Positions 36,414-46,991 of a DNA stretch of 64,000 bases are shown here, in pieces. Source of the DNA: a virus. The stretch lies in the IMG/VR virus record IMGVR_UViG_3300025012_000003. One strand, 5' to 3'. The translations under genes and the position numbers were made by a program. The notes under the pieces are model-generated. The model was given only the letters and a program-made list of their open reading frames with translations. It had not been told where the DNA came from and made no database searches. Each line of letters begins with the position of its first letter. Position 1 is the stretch's first letter.

Positions 36414-37487
36414 TTAATGTCCAATTGCAAACCAATAGAATCCGTTTGGATTTCCAGAACCTCCCCCAGAAGGGTGTTGAGCAAATAGAGTGGCTCCCGT
36501 GGTTGACAAGGATACTATTTGTAGAATCATGTCAGCAGTAACATCGGCTATACTGTTACTTAAAGTTCCTGTAATATTTAAACAGGCTGTAGGAAATGCC
36601 TGTGGGAAAGTTATCGGATAAGAACCTTCTGATATAGTACCAGAGTTAAATCCCCATTGCATTATTAAACCATTAGGCAAAGTACAATATCCGTCTGTTG
36701 TGAAAGAACTAGGGAATTGACTTATATTAACTACTTGTTTTCCAGTAGCTCCATCAGAGGCACTAAAAGATTGAGTAGACAATCCTGCTATTCCCGCATA
36801 AGTTCCATCTGCATATCCTTTAGTCATAGCATCTTGAGGATTAGATGGATTATTAATATTTATTATATTGTTATTGTTAAGATTTAAATTTCCTGCCATA
36901 GCTACGGAACCGTCCGTTAGTATAACGGGTTCTGCTAACATATTGGAGGGAAGAAGACCTTGAACTTCCGCTCCAGAGGTTAATAATATTTTAGTAGGAT
37001 TAAGCCCCGAAGCATTGTGTTTATGTATTTGTAAGTCGTCCTGAGTTACATAAACAGTAGAAGCACTTAAATTTATTGTTACCTCTGGTAAATTTACTAT
37101 CTCTATTAATAATTTTTCCCTAAAATCATAAACAGCTCCCTCACTCGGTATATTTTTATATACTTCTGGATGTGCTGCTACACAGAACAATTCATTATTG
37201 TCTGTAAATATCCCTACCTCTCTTATATAAAAACCCCCAACACTGGCTGGAACTATGGTTAAAATCTCTAACCATATAGCCACATTGCTGTTAATATACA
37301 AAGACGTTATACTCTGCCTATATACTTCATTTACTAAGTTCTGTTGAGACTGACTAGGATTTACATTGAATCCTCCTCCATCTCCCCAAGCAAAATATTT
37401 TAAATTAATAGGAGTTCCGTGAGCCAAACTCTCTAAAACCAAGTTCTGCCCTACAGTAGTAAGTATCGGGTTATAAATAGTAACCAT
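36414..37487 (-). CDS. tail fibre protein (P2 gpH-type N-domain, gp53-like/H-lectin-type C-domain)
   Basis: LT..G...GDGGG...EVYR...VGGFYIREVGIF; C-terminal GYCTLPNGLIMQWG...FPQAFP. Confidence 0.88.
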   Translation of the reverse strand: MVTIYNPILTTVGQNLVLESLAHGTPINLKYFAWGDGGGFNVNPSQSQQNLVNEVYRQSITSLYINSNVAIWLEILTIVPASVGGFYIREVGIFTDNNELFCVAAHPEVYKNIPSEGAVYDFREKLLIEIVNLPEVTINLSASTVYVTQDDLQIHKHNASGLNPTKILLTSGAEVQGLLPSNMLAEPVILTDGSVAMAGNLNLNNNNIININNPSNPQDAMTKGYADGTYAGIAGLSTQSFSASDGATGKQVVNISQFPSSFTTDGYCTLPNGLIMQWGFNSGTISEGSYPITFPQAFPTACLNITGTLSNSIADVTADMILQIVSLSTTGATLFAQHPSGGGSGNPNGFYWFAIGH

Positions 37488-37544
37488 AAAATATATCCTC
37501 TATTTGTAAATATTATTTATACTTTAAGTATAAAGAACCATTAA

Positions 37545-38252
37545 TTAAAAATTCCATTTTGATTCATCAAAATTAGAAACATCCCATATCATGAAGTCTA
37601 TCCCAAAATACCACTTCTTCTCATCCCAGTTAAATACGTCCCATATAAGGTATTCAGTGTCTGGGTAGGCAGTGTACATTAATGTACCTTGGCTTGCTAT
37701 ACCTATATAATAAGTAGACTTGTCTAAAGCAAATTCCAAGGTAAGTTTATTTATGATAGGATAAATATAATTTCTAGCAAAATTAACTATCTTATCAACA
37801 ACTTCAAAACCTCTAACTTTAGTAGGACTGAAAGATACTAAATCCAAGGAAACAGTATGGGGTTCTCCTACTGGAGTTTGTTCGTACCAATCCGACAATT
37901 CAAAATCTATATCTAAAAGTTTTAAGGCAAACTCAAAACCTTTCCTACTTCCTTTATTAATATGTATGAAGTTTATAAAAGATAAGAATGTCCTTACGGA
38001 TTCCTCCTCTAGGTAAAGAGTATCAATTATATATCCATAACCAAACTCGTTCACCAAAGAATACACGTCCTCTAATGGTATATCTTTCAAACTTTTATAC
38101 TTACTTTTAACAGAATAAAATCTTTGGGCTAATTTATCAGAATACGGATAATCAACACTAAGAAGCCAATCCACAGAATCTGCAAATTGTTGCATAGTTT
38201 CTTCTTCTCTTCTATTTTCGGGTATCCATTTTCTTATTGAATGATTAAACAT
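37545..38252 (-). CDS. baseplate wedge protein, P2 gpI / gp7-like
   Basis: KGSRKGFEFALKLL...WYE motif; lies between gp6-like and fibre genes. Confidence 0.7.
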   Translation of the reverse strand: MFNHSIRKWIPENRREEETMQQFADSVDWLLSVDYPYSDKLAQRFYSVKSKYKSLKDIPLEDVYSLVNEFGYGYIIDTLYLEEESVRTFLSFINFIHINKGSRKGFEFALKLLDIDFELSDWYEQTPVGEPHTVSLDLVSFSPTKVRGFEVVDKIVNFARNYIYPIINKLTLEFALDKSTYYIGIASQGTLMYTAYPDTEYLIWDVFNWDEKKWYFGIDFMIWDVSNFDESKWNF

Positions 38253-38281
38253 ATCTTTATAAAATCCACCCTACCGAATTC

Positions 38282-38297
38282 CTACCTATAATATAAA
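38282..38297 (-). promoter_or_regulatory. putative late promoter TTTATATTATAnnTAG
   Basis: Exact motif; other exact copies at 40871, 48391, 51733, 53176, 55222. Confidence 0.7.
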
Positions 38298-38328
38298 TAA
38301 AAAACCGTTGATTGAGGGTTCAACGGTT
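38298..38328 (-). terminator. intrinsic terminator
   Basis: AACCGTTG-loop-CAACGGTT plus T run. Confidence 0.8.
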
Positions 38329-38363
38329 AAAACCTTTATACATCCTTTACCCTTGGTAAAGGA

Positions 38364-40475
38364 CTAGACTATGGCTACATTAGTTTTAATTTTTATATAC
38401 TCATTCCAATTATATTGAAATAGTATATTATCCATGTCATAGTACTTCCAAAGTATTCCTCCATCTTTAGTAAGAGTATCTTCCATAACTAAATCTCCTC
38501 CCACGTTACTTGTGGGTATTGGATTAGATACTTGTACTACAGTGTTACCGCTGGATATAGTAGATGAAACAACGTTATAGTATCCGTCATTACCACTAGA
38601 ACTTTGAACTCTTACTACATCGTTAGGTAAAAAATGAGATGTTTTATCTCCAGAAACAGTAAAAGTATATGGGCTAGAATTATTAACGGCTATTATTGAA
38701 TACCTGTCTGTTGTTTTAAATAGAGGTATAGAACTGTTGGAAGAATCCAAAAATCCCACACACTCGTAAGAAAAGTTTCCAGATAATACAGAATTGCCTA
38801 TTTGATAATGATGGTTAGCTTGCCAATTAGGGTCTCCCTCCACTTTAGTCTTACATACCCATATTATATCGTTATCCTCTGAAAAATCCCCTAGAGTAGT
38901 AGTAAACGTGGGAAGAGAAGAACCAGAGTACTTAATTATATCCACAAGTTCAAACATAACATCTATTGATAAAGCGTTTATCAAAGTACCCTGAACTAAA
39001 TCTCCCAGCTTATAATATCTGTTAGGATACCAAGTAGGAATCAACTTACCATATCTTTGTATGCACTTCCAAATCATTCCATTATCTATAATCAAATCCC
39101 CATCTACGTAAGACCAAGCTGGTTCTGTGGCTCCAGACTGTTGTATAAAATCAGAAGCCATATATATTTTTCCATTATCGGGGGATAAGGTTATAAAATC
39201 TCCCAATCTATATTCAATACTATTACCTCTAACTGTAGTATTAACAGTTACCCTAGTTCTTTTTATATAAGAAAAATTATCCATATCATGTTCTAGTTGT
39301 TCTAAATCAAATTGGGTACTCAAGGATTTCTCATAAGCAGACATCAAGGAATCCACATCACTTTCCACATCTGTTATGGCTATTACATTATTAAGATACT
39401 TCCTTAAATTAAAATTCAACTCTAATTTAAAATGCCTTGGGTCAGATATTCTAGGCATAGGAACTCCCATAGCTCTCCTTATGTCTAAAGAATTAAGAAC
39501 ACTAGACTTTTCATCATCTGTCATTATAGTATAATCATTTTTAATATAAGTAAGATTTACTATGGCAGGAGAAAAATCAGTACTATTTGTATCAGCAAAG
39601 TTATACCCTAAATTTCTAAATTCTTTTAAATAGTCATTTCTAGCTCTTATAAGTACCTGTGTCTCGTGATATAACGGTGCATTAACTCTTATACTGTCAT
39701 TGCTCTCTGGGGATATATAAGGGAAAACACTGGTTACTGAAGTTATAGAACCGAAGTCAAATTTAATATCGGATAAAGAGTAAGTTACTGTAGCTAATTC
39801 TATATATTGAAGTGTTAATACATCAGAAGGAGAATATTTATAGTTACCTTCTTGTATATATGAAACATCAACAGCTCCCAAAGGGTTGGACAGGGCTACG
39901 TACATATCGTTAAATAAATCTTTAAGATTACTACTAAGAGGAACTATAGTCCCATTTAACAGTATTCTTACATAATCACTTACATTTTCAGAAATAAATC
40001 TGAAAACTTTTAACTTATCAGTATCTACCATTAAGTCTTCTGTTTTTAAACTACCTATATAAACTTTAATAGTAGAAGCAACATTTTTATTTAACTGAGT
40101 TTTTTCTACTGTTATTATTTCTAAATTTTGTACAGTTCCCACTTGAGTATACTCTGGAATGAATCCAGTAGTGTTAGGTATTATATTTAATTCTATTATT
40201 TCATTCTTACCTCGTATCACTGAATACCCTAAATTCTGAGATATTCCTATCAAAGAAGTTCTATTCTGTGCATAAGTAATATAATTCTCTCGTCTAGCTA
40301 TAGTAACTAGATAAGATATAAACGAAGCAAAAGCGGATAATAGTCTTATTAATAATCTTCCTGTAGAAGATTCATAGAAGTCTTTCCACTTCTGAGATTG
40401 TGCTTGACTATTATAATATTCAGTCAAACTATCAAATATTTGAGAAAAAGATAATGAATCTAATTTAATAACCAT
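38364..40475 (-). CDS. gp6: baseplate wedge subunit gp6 / gpJ-like with C-terminal repeat extension
   Basis: LSF..I..SL...S.G.LLI.LL...AQNR.SL..I...LGY; ES.DSIR.NAP; downstream of gp25. Confidence 0.85.
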   Translation of the reverse strand: MVIKLDSLSFSQIFDSLTEYYNSQAQSQKWKDFYESSTGRLLIRLLSAFASFISYLVTIARRENYITYAQNRTSLIGISQNLGYSVIRGKNEIIELNIIPNTTGFIPEYTQVGTVQNLEIITVEKTQLNKNVASTIKVYIGSLKTEDLMVDTDKLKVFRFISENVSDYVRILLNGTIVPLSSNLKDLFNDMYVALSNPLGAVDVSYIQEGNYKYSPSDVLTLQYIELATVTYSLSDIKFDFGSITSVTSVFPYISPESNDSIRVNAPLYHETQVLIRARNDYLKEFRNLGYNFADTNSTDFSPAIVNLTYIKNDYTIMTDDEKSSVLNSLDIRRAMGVPMPRISDPRHFKLELNFNLRKYLNNVIAITDVESDVDSLMSAYEKSLSTQFDLEQLEHDMDNFSYIKRTRVTVNTTVRGNSIEYRLGDFITLSPDNGKIYMASDFIQQSGATEPAWSYVDGDLIIDNGMIWKCIQRYGKLIPTWYPNRYYKLGDLVQGTLINALSIDVMFELVDIIKYSGSSLPTFTTTLGDFSEDNDIIWVCKTKVEGDPNWQANHHYQIGNSVLSGNFSYECVGFLDSSNSSIPLFKTTDRYSIIAVNNSSPYTFTVSGDKTSHFLPNDVVRVQSSSGNDGYYNVVSSTISSGNTVVQVSNPIPTSNVGGDLVMEDTLTKDGGILWKYYDMDNILFQYNWNEYIKIKTNVAIV

Positions 40476-40484
40476 TTTATATAT

Positions 40485-40847
40485 CTAACCCCTAACTGTT
40501 TCTATAACTGAAAATCTTTCAGTAAACCCTTTTATCTTAAAATAAATAAAAGCTTTATAAGCGTTATTATCTATATCTGTAACAACCTTAGACATGTTCA
40601 TATCTAATAATACTCTATCATCCCAAAAAGTTATATTATTAACTATATCCTGAAAAAGTATTATAGCATTCGTATCATCTATGATATCAAAAAGATAATC
40701 GTCCCTTTCAAATCCAAAATCTGGAAGATATAATACTTCTGTCTTTCTAGTTTTTATTATACTACTAATACTCTGAATTACAGAATCTAGGTCTATAACT
40801 TCAGGTCTTTTATAAGAGTCATTAGTATTTATATCAGAGTATAACAT
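40485..40847 (-). CDS. gp25: baseplate wedge gp25-like sheath initiator
   Basis: YSDIN...D..QSI..II.T.K.E...PDFG; ~120 aa. Confidence 0.88.
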   Translation of the reverse strand: MLYSDINTNDSYKRPEVIDLDSVIQSISSIIKTRKTEVLYLPDFGFERDDYLFDIIDDTNAIILFQDIVNNITFWDDRVLLDMNMSKVVTDIDNNAYKAFIYFKIKGFTERFSVIETVRG

Positions 40848-40870
40848 TTATCTTCTCTTTCATTAAACTT

Positions 40871-40886
40871 CTACATATAATATAAA
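40871..40886 (-). promoter_or_regulatory. putative late promoter
   Basis: Exact TTTATATTATAtgTAG. Confidence 0.7.
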
Positions 40887-40887
40887 T

Positions 40888-41604
40888 CTATAGAGGAGGC
40901 GAAGTTGTACCACCTTGAGGGTCGCTATGCGTATGACTTTTTCCAGATTTACCACTAGAAATATTATCGTTAGCTGTAACAGTACCAACAACATTAACAA
41001 CTCCGCCTATATTAACATCTCCTGATATATTAGTAGTGGTAGCTGTTATATTATATACAGTGGTTATTAAGTCGGTGGTTCCGTCGGGATTCATTCTCAG
41101 GATATTCCCAGAAGCTTGGAAAATATCTATTGTAGTATCTTGATGAATTTTAATATAATTTCCAGAAGGATGTAAAAATTCCCAAGTTTGTTTTTGTTTG
41201 TTGATTCTAAAAGTGGTTCCCGTAGGGTCTACAAATCCATAGGAATGTGGGTAGTCTTCATCAAATGCAGTTGTTCTAGTTTCTAGGGAAGTAACTCCTC
41301 CTTTATAATATCCAAAGTAGGGGTCTGAGGTAGGATACTCTACAGTTACTTTAGTCCCAATATCAGGTACAGAAAACATTCCAGAGTTAGTGCTATTACC
41401 TAAAAATGAAGAAGGTCTTTGATTTATCCAAGGAAGGTCAACATCTGGGATGTACTCAGATGTTCCTACAAATCCATGATACTGAGGAACTCTAACTCTA
41501 ACCCTTCCTAATTTTAAAGGGTCATTGTTATCTGTTATGGTTCCCTCAAAGGAAGATGTCTTCCTATTCTTGTCCCTTAGCCATATCAGTGGTTTAGCTA
41601 ACAT
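40888..41604 (-). CDS. baseplate central spike (gp5 OB fold, gpV-type HxH apex)
   Basis: DPLKLGRVRVRV, LPW, P.IGTKV.V; C-terminal SHTH..QGG.T..P. Confidence 0.85.
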   Translation of the reverse strand: MLAKPLIWLRDKNRKTSSFEGTITDNNDPLKLGRVRVRVPQYHGFVGTSEYIPDVDLPWINQRPSSFLGNSTNSGMFSVPDIGTKVTVEYPTSDPYFGYYKGGVTSLETRTTAFDEDYPHSYGFVDPTGTTFRINKQKQTWEFLHPSGNYIKIHQDTTIDIFQASGNILRMNPDGTTDLITTVYNITATTTNISGDVNIGGVVNVVGTVTANDNISSGKSGKSHTHSDPQGGTTSPPL

Positions 41605-41606
41605 CC

Positions 41607-43661
41607 CTAAATTACCTCCAAAGTAATTTTATTTGAAAATTTAACATTACTACGATATATTATATAGTCATAATACTTATTATTTATTTTTATACTCTTG
41701 TAATTAACTTTAAAACTTTTTTTGTCCACAATATCCTCATCAGGAAGATAAACTTTATAATCTTCCCCGTCGATTCTAACAATTCCTACTTCCATATAAG
41801 ATGGATAAGCTATGTATATATATCCTTTAGGTACAAATATCTTATGTACATATCTTCTTATACTTTCATCACTATACAGTTGTTTTAACTCGTCCTCATT
41901 AATATTAATATCATCGTAGGAACCCCAGTATCTTCTAAATACCGCTGAGTCTTGTTGATTTATTATAGCACCATTTACGAGATAAGCTAATGTTTCTAAT
42001 AAAAGATTATTTAAATCTGTATTGCCTGTCTCTACATTGTCTGTCAATTTATCTTGTACATACCATCCAAATGTACTAGAAGTGTACTCTGTAGCTTTTA
42101 AAGAGGTAGCTCCTATATTAGGTATAACCAAATAACCCATATCAATAAAACTATCATAAGTTCCAGAAGTCAGTTCTGTCATAATAGTACTATCCTCTGA
42201 GAGGTATACAGTTTCTCCCCTAGTAGATAAATACTCAAAGGTAGTTTTAAGTATATCGAATACTAAACTATCGGCAATAGAACTTAGAACGTGCTCTAAC
42301 TTAATCCAAATTCCATTATCATCAAATCCAAATAATGTGGAAGTTATGCTTTCTAGTTCTTGAGCAAGTATTCTTATATTTGGTAAATTTAATTTTAACC
42401 CCTTTAAAGTCAATAAGTTCTTTACTTGATTCATTATATCATTTATTTTAGCTATGGCTTGTGTATAATCATTATTCTCCTGTATTTCTAAAGACACGCT
42501 ATTCACCTCCCTAGTGTAATCAATTAATTCATTAAAAGATTCTCTGGTAAGAACTAAATGAGTTTGAAAATTCTTATTCTCTCCTATAGTTCTAACAACC
42601 TTAGATACCAAATACTTTCCAGAGTACAATCCCTCTGTTACATTAATATTACTTTCAGTACCTTCTAAGTACTCTACTATATCTAAAACATGTAAATCTT
42701 CTATATACTTACCTATAAATGATACTGTTAATCTGGCAGTAGATAAATTAATTAGACTTGATATATTATGTAGATAATTATCCCAATACCCAGAAAAAAC
42801 ATTGTCATTGGAAAAGAAATCATACCCGTCTTTTCTTTCCACATTAAAAGAATCCAAATCTGAGGTCATGGCTATAATAGGAGATTGAGTAAACTTTACT
42901 TCTTGATAACCTCCTTTAATCATATCATAAACTCTATTTATTTTATTTTGAACCATACTATTAACAGCTCCAGCATCGTTAGTTACTTCTGGCTTACCAT
43001 TTATCTGTATGTCATTTGAGTTAGTTGCAGGTCTATTACTTAGTCTATATTTAGGTTTACTCTTTACTTGAGTATCAGAATTAAATAACCTAAAGGCTCC
43101 GTTCTTAGTAATAGCTACAAGAGGAATAGCTTTATTAGATAATCCCATTCTGTACCATATATCAGTTATAAACTCTCTATAACTTTTTCTACAGCATAAC
43201 CATTTTTGTAACCCAGAATCTTCTCCGTCTATATTTGTTTCAAAAGTAAAAAACCTAGACACTACCTGTCTTATAGCTCCAAATCCAGACACTTCCGTAT
43301 TTGAATCAGAAGTAACAGATTCTGTATGACTTCCTTTCATATACCCTAAAGCATCATAGAATCCAGATATCTCTATGTAGAATCTATTTTGTCCATAGTT
43401 TTGTAAATCTTTTTTAAATATTCTAAGAGGTATAGAAACTTTATCCTCATCAGAACTTCCTATAGTTATCCTTATAACATTATTTTCTATTAAATAACTT
43501 CTTAATTCTGGCAGAGAAAAACGAAATTTCAAATCAAAACTAGGAAGAGTATTCCCCGCTTCCTCTATTAAAGTGAATTCTACGAGGTCTCGAGATTCTA
43601 TAAAATCTTTATAGTTTCCTACCTCCATGTCGAAAATATAGGAACCTTCTATTTTTATCAT
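41607..43661 (-). CDS. baseplate hub protein (gp27-like) with C-terminal extension
   Basis: Position between gp53-like and spike genes; GKYLVSKVVRTI motif. Confidence 0.6.
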   Translation of the reverse strand: MIKIEGSYIFDMEVGNYKDFIESRDLVEFTLIEEAGNTLPSFDLKFRFSLPELRSYLIENNVIRITIGSSDEDKVSIPLRIFKKDLQNYGQNRFYIEISGFYDALGYMKGSHTESVTSDSNTEVSGFGAIRQVVSRFFTFETNIDGEDSGLQKWLCCRKSYREFITDIWYRMGLSNKAIPLVAITKNGAFRLFNSDTQVKSKPKYRLSNRPATNSNDIQINGKPEVTNDAGAVNSMVQNKINRVYDMIKGGYQEVKFTQSPIIAMTSDLDSFNVERKDGYDFFSNDNVFSGYWDNYLHNISSLINLSTARLTVSFIGKYIEDLHVLDIVEYLEGTESNINVTEGLYSGKYLVSKVVRTIGENKNFQTHLVLTRESFNELIDYTREVNSVSLEIQENNDYTQAIAKINDIMNQVKNLLTLKGLKLNLPNIRILAQELESITSTLFGFDDNGIWIKLEHVLSSIADSLVFDILKTTFEYLSTRGETVYLSEDSTIMTELTSGTYDSFIDMGYLVIPNIGATSLKATEYTSSTFGWYVQDKLTDNVETGNTDLNNLLLETLAYLVNGAIINQQDSAVFRRYWGSYDDININEDELKQLYSDESIRRYVHKIFVPKGYIYIAYPSYMEVGIVRIDGEDYKVYLPDEDIVDKKSFKVNYKSIKINNKYYDYIIYRSNVKFSNKITLEVI

Positions 43662-43669
43662 AACTTATC

Positions 43670-44002
43670 CTACTGAAGACTTTTTAAACTATAATACAAA
43701 GATTCTAAATCTGATACACTAAAATAATTTAACAATCTTCCTGTTTTTAATTCAGATAAATCTAATATATCATTGTATAACATTATTAAATGGGTGTATA
43801 TAACAGTATCATATATTTTATATGATATTAAATCGGGTCTTTCTTCTTCTACCGTTATAGTAAAAACTCCTTTTACTGAGAGATTCTTAAAATTTTCTAA
43901 AAAATAAGAATCCAATACATCAAAGTTATCTTCTTTCCAAGGAAGAAGTTTCCCCAAATCATATCTTTCTTTACTTATATATTCTGGATTAACAAAAAAC
44001 AT
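43670..44002 (-). CDS. gp53-like LysM baseplate protein
   Basis: EERPDLISYKIYD...LIMLYN.I. Confidence 0.8.
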   Translation of the reverse strand: MFFVNPEYISKERYDLGKLLPWKEDNFDVLDSYFLENFKNLSVKGVFTITVEEERPDLISYKIYDTVIYTHLIMLYNDILDLSELKTGRLLNYFSVSDLESLYYSLKSLQ

Positions 44003-44685
44003 TATTGTATCTCCATATTGGGTGTTTGTAAAAACATAGACTGCATCTCATCATAGTATGGAAGTCTTGTAGGACTTAAAGTAACTGTAATCTTAGTCCA
44101 ATAAGGTTGACCATCTGGAGTAAGGGTAGTGGAGTACTCAGGTCTAAATCCTTTAATTAAAAGATTCATAGCTCTGAACCATTGACCTATAGTTAATATT
44201 ACAGTTCCTTTCATGGGTTTTCTGTTGATACCTATATTATTACCATACTGAGCTAAGTTGACGGGTTGATATCCCCAATGATACTTTACAGCTACTGGTA
44301 CTCCCAACATAGGAGAGTTTTCTGGATAAATAGCTTGATACAATTTATTAACTATCTCAGTTGGTTTAATAGTACTGTTAGTTGCTATGATATAAAAACT
44401 TAGGTTAAATACTGGAATGTTAGCACCCGTCCATTGTTGGGTAGTATCTAAATGGTTTAAAATCTGTATATCACTACCAAGCCTAGCTAACCACTGATTA
44501 GCCTTAGTAGAGTACTCTCTCCCAAATAATTGGTCAGACCAATTAGCCTCATTCTGAAAATCAAAAGGTCCCTCAAGATATCCCAAAATAACATTACCTT
44601 GGTCTGGTTCTCCCCCAGTTTGTTTGGGTAATATTAATTTTACTTTTAACCTATCATCATTTATAACTCTATCAAAAATATTCAT
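44002..44685 (-). CDS. baseplate-tube junction protein (gp48/gp54-like)
   Basis: Tube-like fold pattern and position. Confidence 0.45.
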   Translation of the reverse strand: MNIFDRVINDDRLKVKLILPKQTGGEPDQGNVILGYLEGPFDFQNEANWSDQLFGREYSTKANQWLARLGSDIQILNHLDTTQQWTGANIPVFNLSFYIIATNSTIKPTEIVNKLYQAIYPENSPMLGVPVAVKYHWGYQPVNLAQYGNNIGINRKPMKGTVILTIGQWFRAMNLLIKGFRPEYSTTLTPDGQPYWTKITVTLSPTRLPYYDEMQSMFLQTPNMEIQ

Positions 44686-46859
44686 TATGCTATGTCTCCG
44701 TAATCTATATGATGATTAAGTAATTCGTTATCAGATTTTAATTTTCTATCTGATTTTTCTTTTGATGGCTGAGGGATAGGTATCATTTGAGCTTTATTAT
44801 CTGCAATGTTTCCTACTGGCTGGGACATAGATTTTTGTTCGGGCATAGTAGCCACCTCATTACCTATATTAGAAAACTCAGCGGGATTCTTTACCCACTT
44901 ATTTTGTCCTCCGACATTATAAGTTAGTACATCAGATGCGTTTAAATTTTTCATTTCCCCCGTAGTTTTATCTGAGGCTAGAACTTTATAATTTCCTTCT
45001 TTATCTTGGGTTATATTTTTGATATTATATTTATTTTTAAAGTTATCATAGTTAGTTGTATCCACTACTCCCCCCTTATTTGCTAAGGCTAACTTAGTAG
45101 TATCTACATTACTAGCATCTTTCATGAACTTCTGTTGTTGCTCCCAAATAGAAGGAGTTCCTACAGCAGATATCTTATTACCAACACTTTTATTATATTG
45201 TTCCGTTGCTTTAATTGGGTCTATGATGTTCCCCTTTGTATCTCTAACTTTTCTATGAACAACAGATTGTCCTTGTCCTACTCCTCTAACTCTTCCCGTG
45301 GTTCCAGAACTTCCTAGAACTCCCCCCACGGGAACCACGTCCCCCACTTTTAAATTGGTGCCACTTAAATGTGCTACAGATTCTGTAGTCCCTTTAGGAT
45401 TTTTCACTTTTACAAACTTACCTGATATTCCCTTTCCCAGAGAATCTACAGAAACCACTGTTCCTCCTCCAAGTGCCGACTTTACTGGAGTTCCGTAGGG
45501 TTGAGCTACATCGATAGCACCATGTTTTATGGGTTTACCACTTTTATCATAGCCTCTAATGCTACTAAAAGTATCTGTAAGAGAAGAACCTTTAGGAAAA
45601 ATATTTTTTAAGGATTGAAAAAGACCTTTACCTATTCCAGTATACTCTCCTTCTACTTGTTTTGGGGTCTTCCCTTCTCTTTTAGCCATTGCATCTATGC
45701 CTTTACTAGCACTATTGGTAGCATTTCCTAGAGCTATCCCTCCTCCTACCACTAAGGCTCCTCCTGCTAAATACGGAAGTAAGGGGGCTAAAGCTCCCGC
45801 TGCTGCTGTTAGTTTTGGTAAATCCGAAGCAGGATTGAAATTTTTTACTATATCCCCAACTCCCTTACCCATCATTTCCGAAGCAGAAAAAACAGCAGGA
45901 CTAGCTCCTCTGAGCATAGGATTCTCTGCCATACCCAAAGCAGCGGTCTTTCCTGTCATAACAACTGCAAAATCTGCTAAGTCTGCTGTAGTTTTTTTAA
46001 GTTCCCTAGCTAAATGGGATACGGCTCCGTTTTCGTCGCCCTTACCTTTTCCTTTACCTCCTTGGTCAGATTGGTCTTCTAAGAAACCTTCTATCTTATC
46101 GTTACTTCTTTGATTTTCCGTAAGAAGTTTAACTACTTCTTCTAAAGATACATTAGCTTCCTGAAGTTCATTATCTAATTTCTTATAAGGTGCAAAAGTA
46201 GCAGTCTTGAAATCCTTCTCATTTTCTGCATAATATTCAAGATTCTTATCTAACTCTACTAATATATTAACTATTTTCTCGTCATTAAGTTTACCTGATT
46301 TTAAAGTGTTATCCAATAATTCTTTCAATTGTTTACTTAGTGCTAAGTCTTCATCAGAATAATCTTTTAAGAAACTAAATAAATCCATTTTAAAATCATT
46401 ACTTACTTTCTCATCTTTAACTATTTTCTTAAAATTATTCAATATATCTTTTATAGGAACTCCTATCTGTTCTTGACTATCGGATAAAGCATCCTTCATA
46501 GTTTGTACAAACTTAGCAAGTTCTTTTTTCTCGTCTAATTGTAATCTTTGTCCAGCCACATATCTATCTAAAGTTTTTTTAAAGTTTCCATCAATCTTAG
46601 TCATTAAGTCTATTAATTTTAAAAAACCTTTGTCATCATTTAAACTTTCTTCTCTTCCTTTTTTACTGGAAACTTTATCCTTATTATAAGAATCCTCTAA
46701 AAGTTTATAATAAAGAACCATCTGTTTTACAAGTTTATCCAATTTATCATTAGTAGCTTTTTCCCTTTGCTCCATACCAGAAAACATCTTCTTCATAGAA
46801 GATGTTAAATCCAAAAAAGGATTATTTTTTATTGGTTCTTTTGGGTCATTCGTAGCCAT
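44685..46859 (-). CDS. tape-measure / hub protein with peptidase M23 domain
   Basis: Long helical N-half, Ala/Gly-rich hydrophobic middle, HGAID...AHLS...VGDVV M23 motifs. Confidence 0.75.
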   Translation of the reverse strand: MATNDPKEPIKNNPFLDLTSSMKKMFSGMEQREKATNDKLDKLVKQMVLYYKLLEDSYNKDKVSSKKGREESLNDDKGFLKLIDLMTKIDGNFKKTLDRYVAGQRLQLDEKKELAKFVQTMKDALSDSQEQIGVPIKDILNNFKKIVKDEKVSNDFKMDLFSFLKDYSDEDLALSKQLKELLDNTLKSGKLNDEKIVNILVELDKNLEYYAENEKDFKTATFAPYKKLDNELQEANVSLEEVVKLLTENQRSNDKIEGFLEDQSDQGGKGKGKGDENGAVSHLARELKKTTADLADFAVVMTGKTAALGMAENPMLRGASPAVFSASEMMGKGVGDIVKNFNPASDLPKLTAAAGALAPLLPYLAGGALVVGGGIALGNATNSASKGIDAMAKREGKTPKQVEGEYTGIGKGLFQSLKNIFPKGSSLTDTFSSIRGYDKSGKPIKHGAIDVAQPYGTPVKSALGGGTVVSVDSLGKGISGKFVKVKNPKGTTESVAHLSGTNLKVGDVVPVGGVLGSSGTTGRVRGVGQGQSVVHRKVRDTKGNIIDPIKATEQYNKSVGNKISAVGTPSIWEQQQKFMKDASNVDTTKLALANKGGVVDTTNYDNFKNKYNIKNITQDKEGNYKVLASDKTTGEMKNLNASDVLTYNVGGQNKWVKNPAEFSNIGNEVATMPEQKSMSQPVGNIADNKAQMIPIPQPSKEKSDRKLKSDNELLNHHIDYGDIA

Positions 46860-46865
46860 AATTAT

Positions 46866-46991
46866 TTATTTTTTCTTTTCTTTTACTAAAGATTCCCACA
46901 TGTATAGTATTTCCGAGTAAGGTATATCCATGATATTTACAATATCAGCTACTTCATTTCTAGCCAAATGATATTTCATTTCTAATATCAT
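46866..46991 (-). CDS. small baseplate/tail assembly ORF (41 aa, gp51-like position)
   Basis: Hand-translated MILEMKYHL...IMDIPYSEIL; overlaps the 3' end of the gp26-like gene. Confidence 0.55.
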   Translation of the reverse strand: MILEMKYHLARNEVADIVNIMDIPYSEILYMWESLVKEKKK

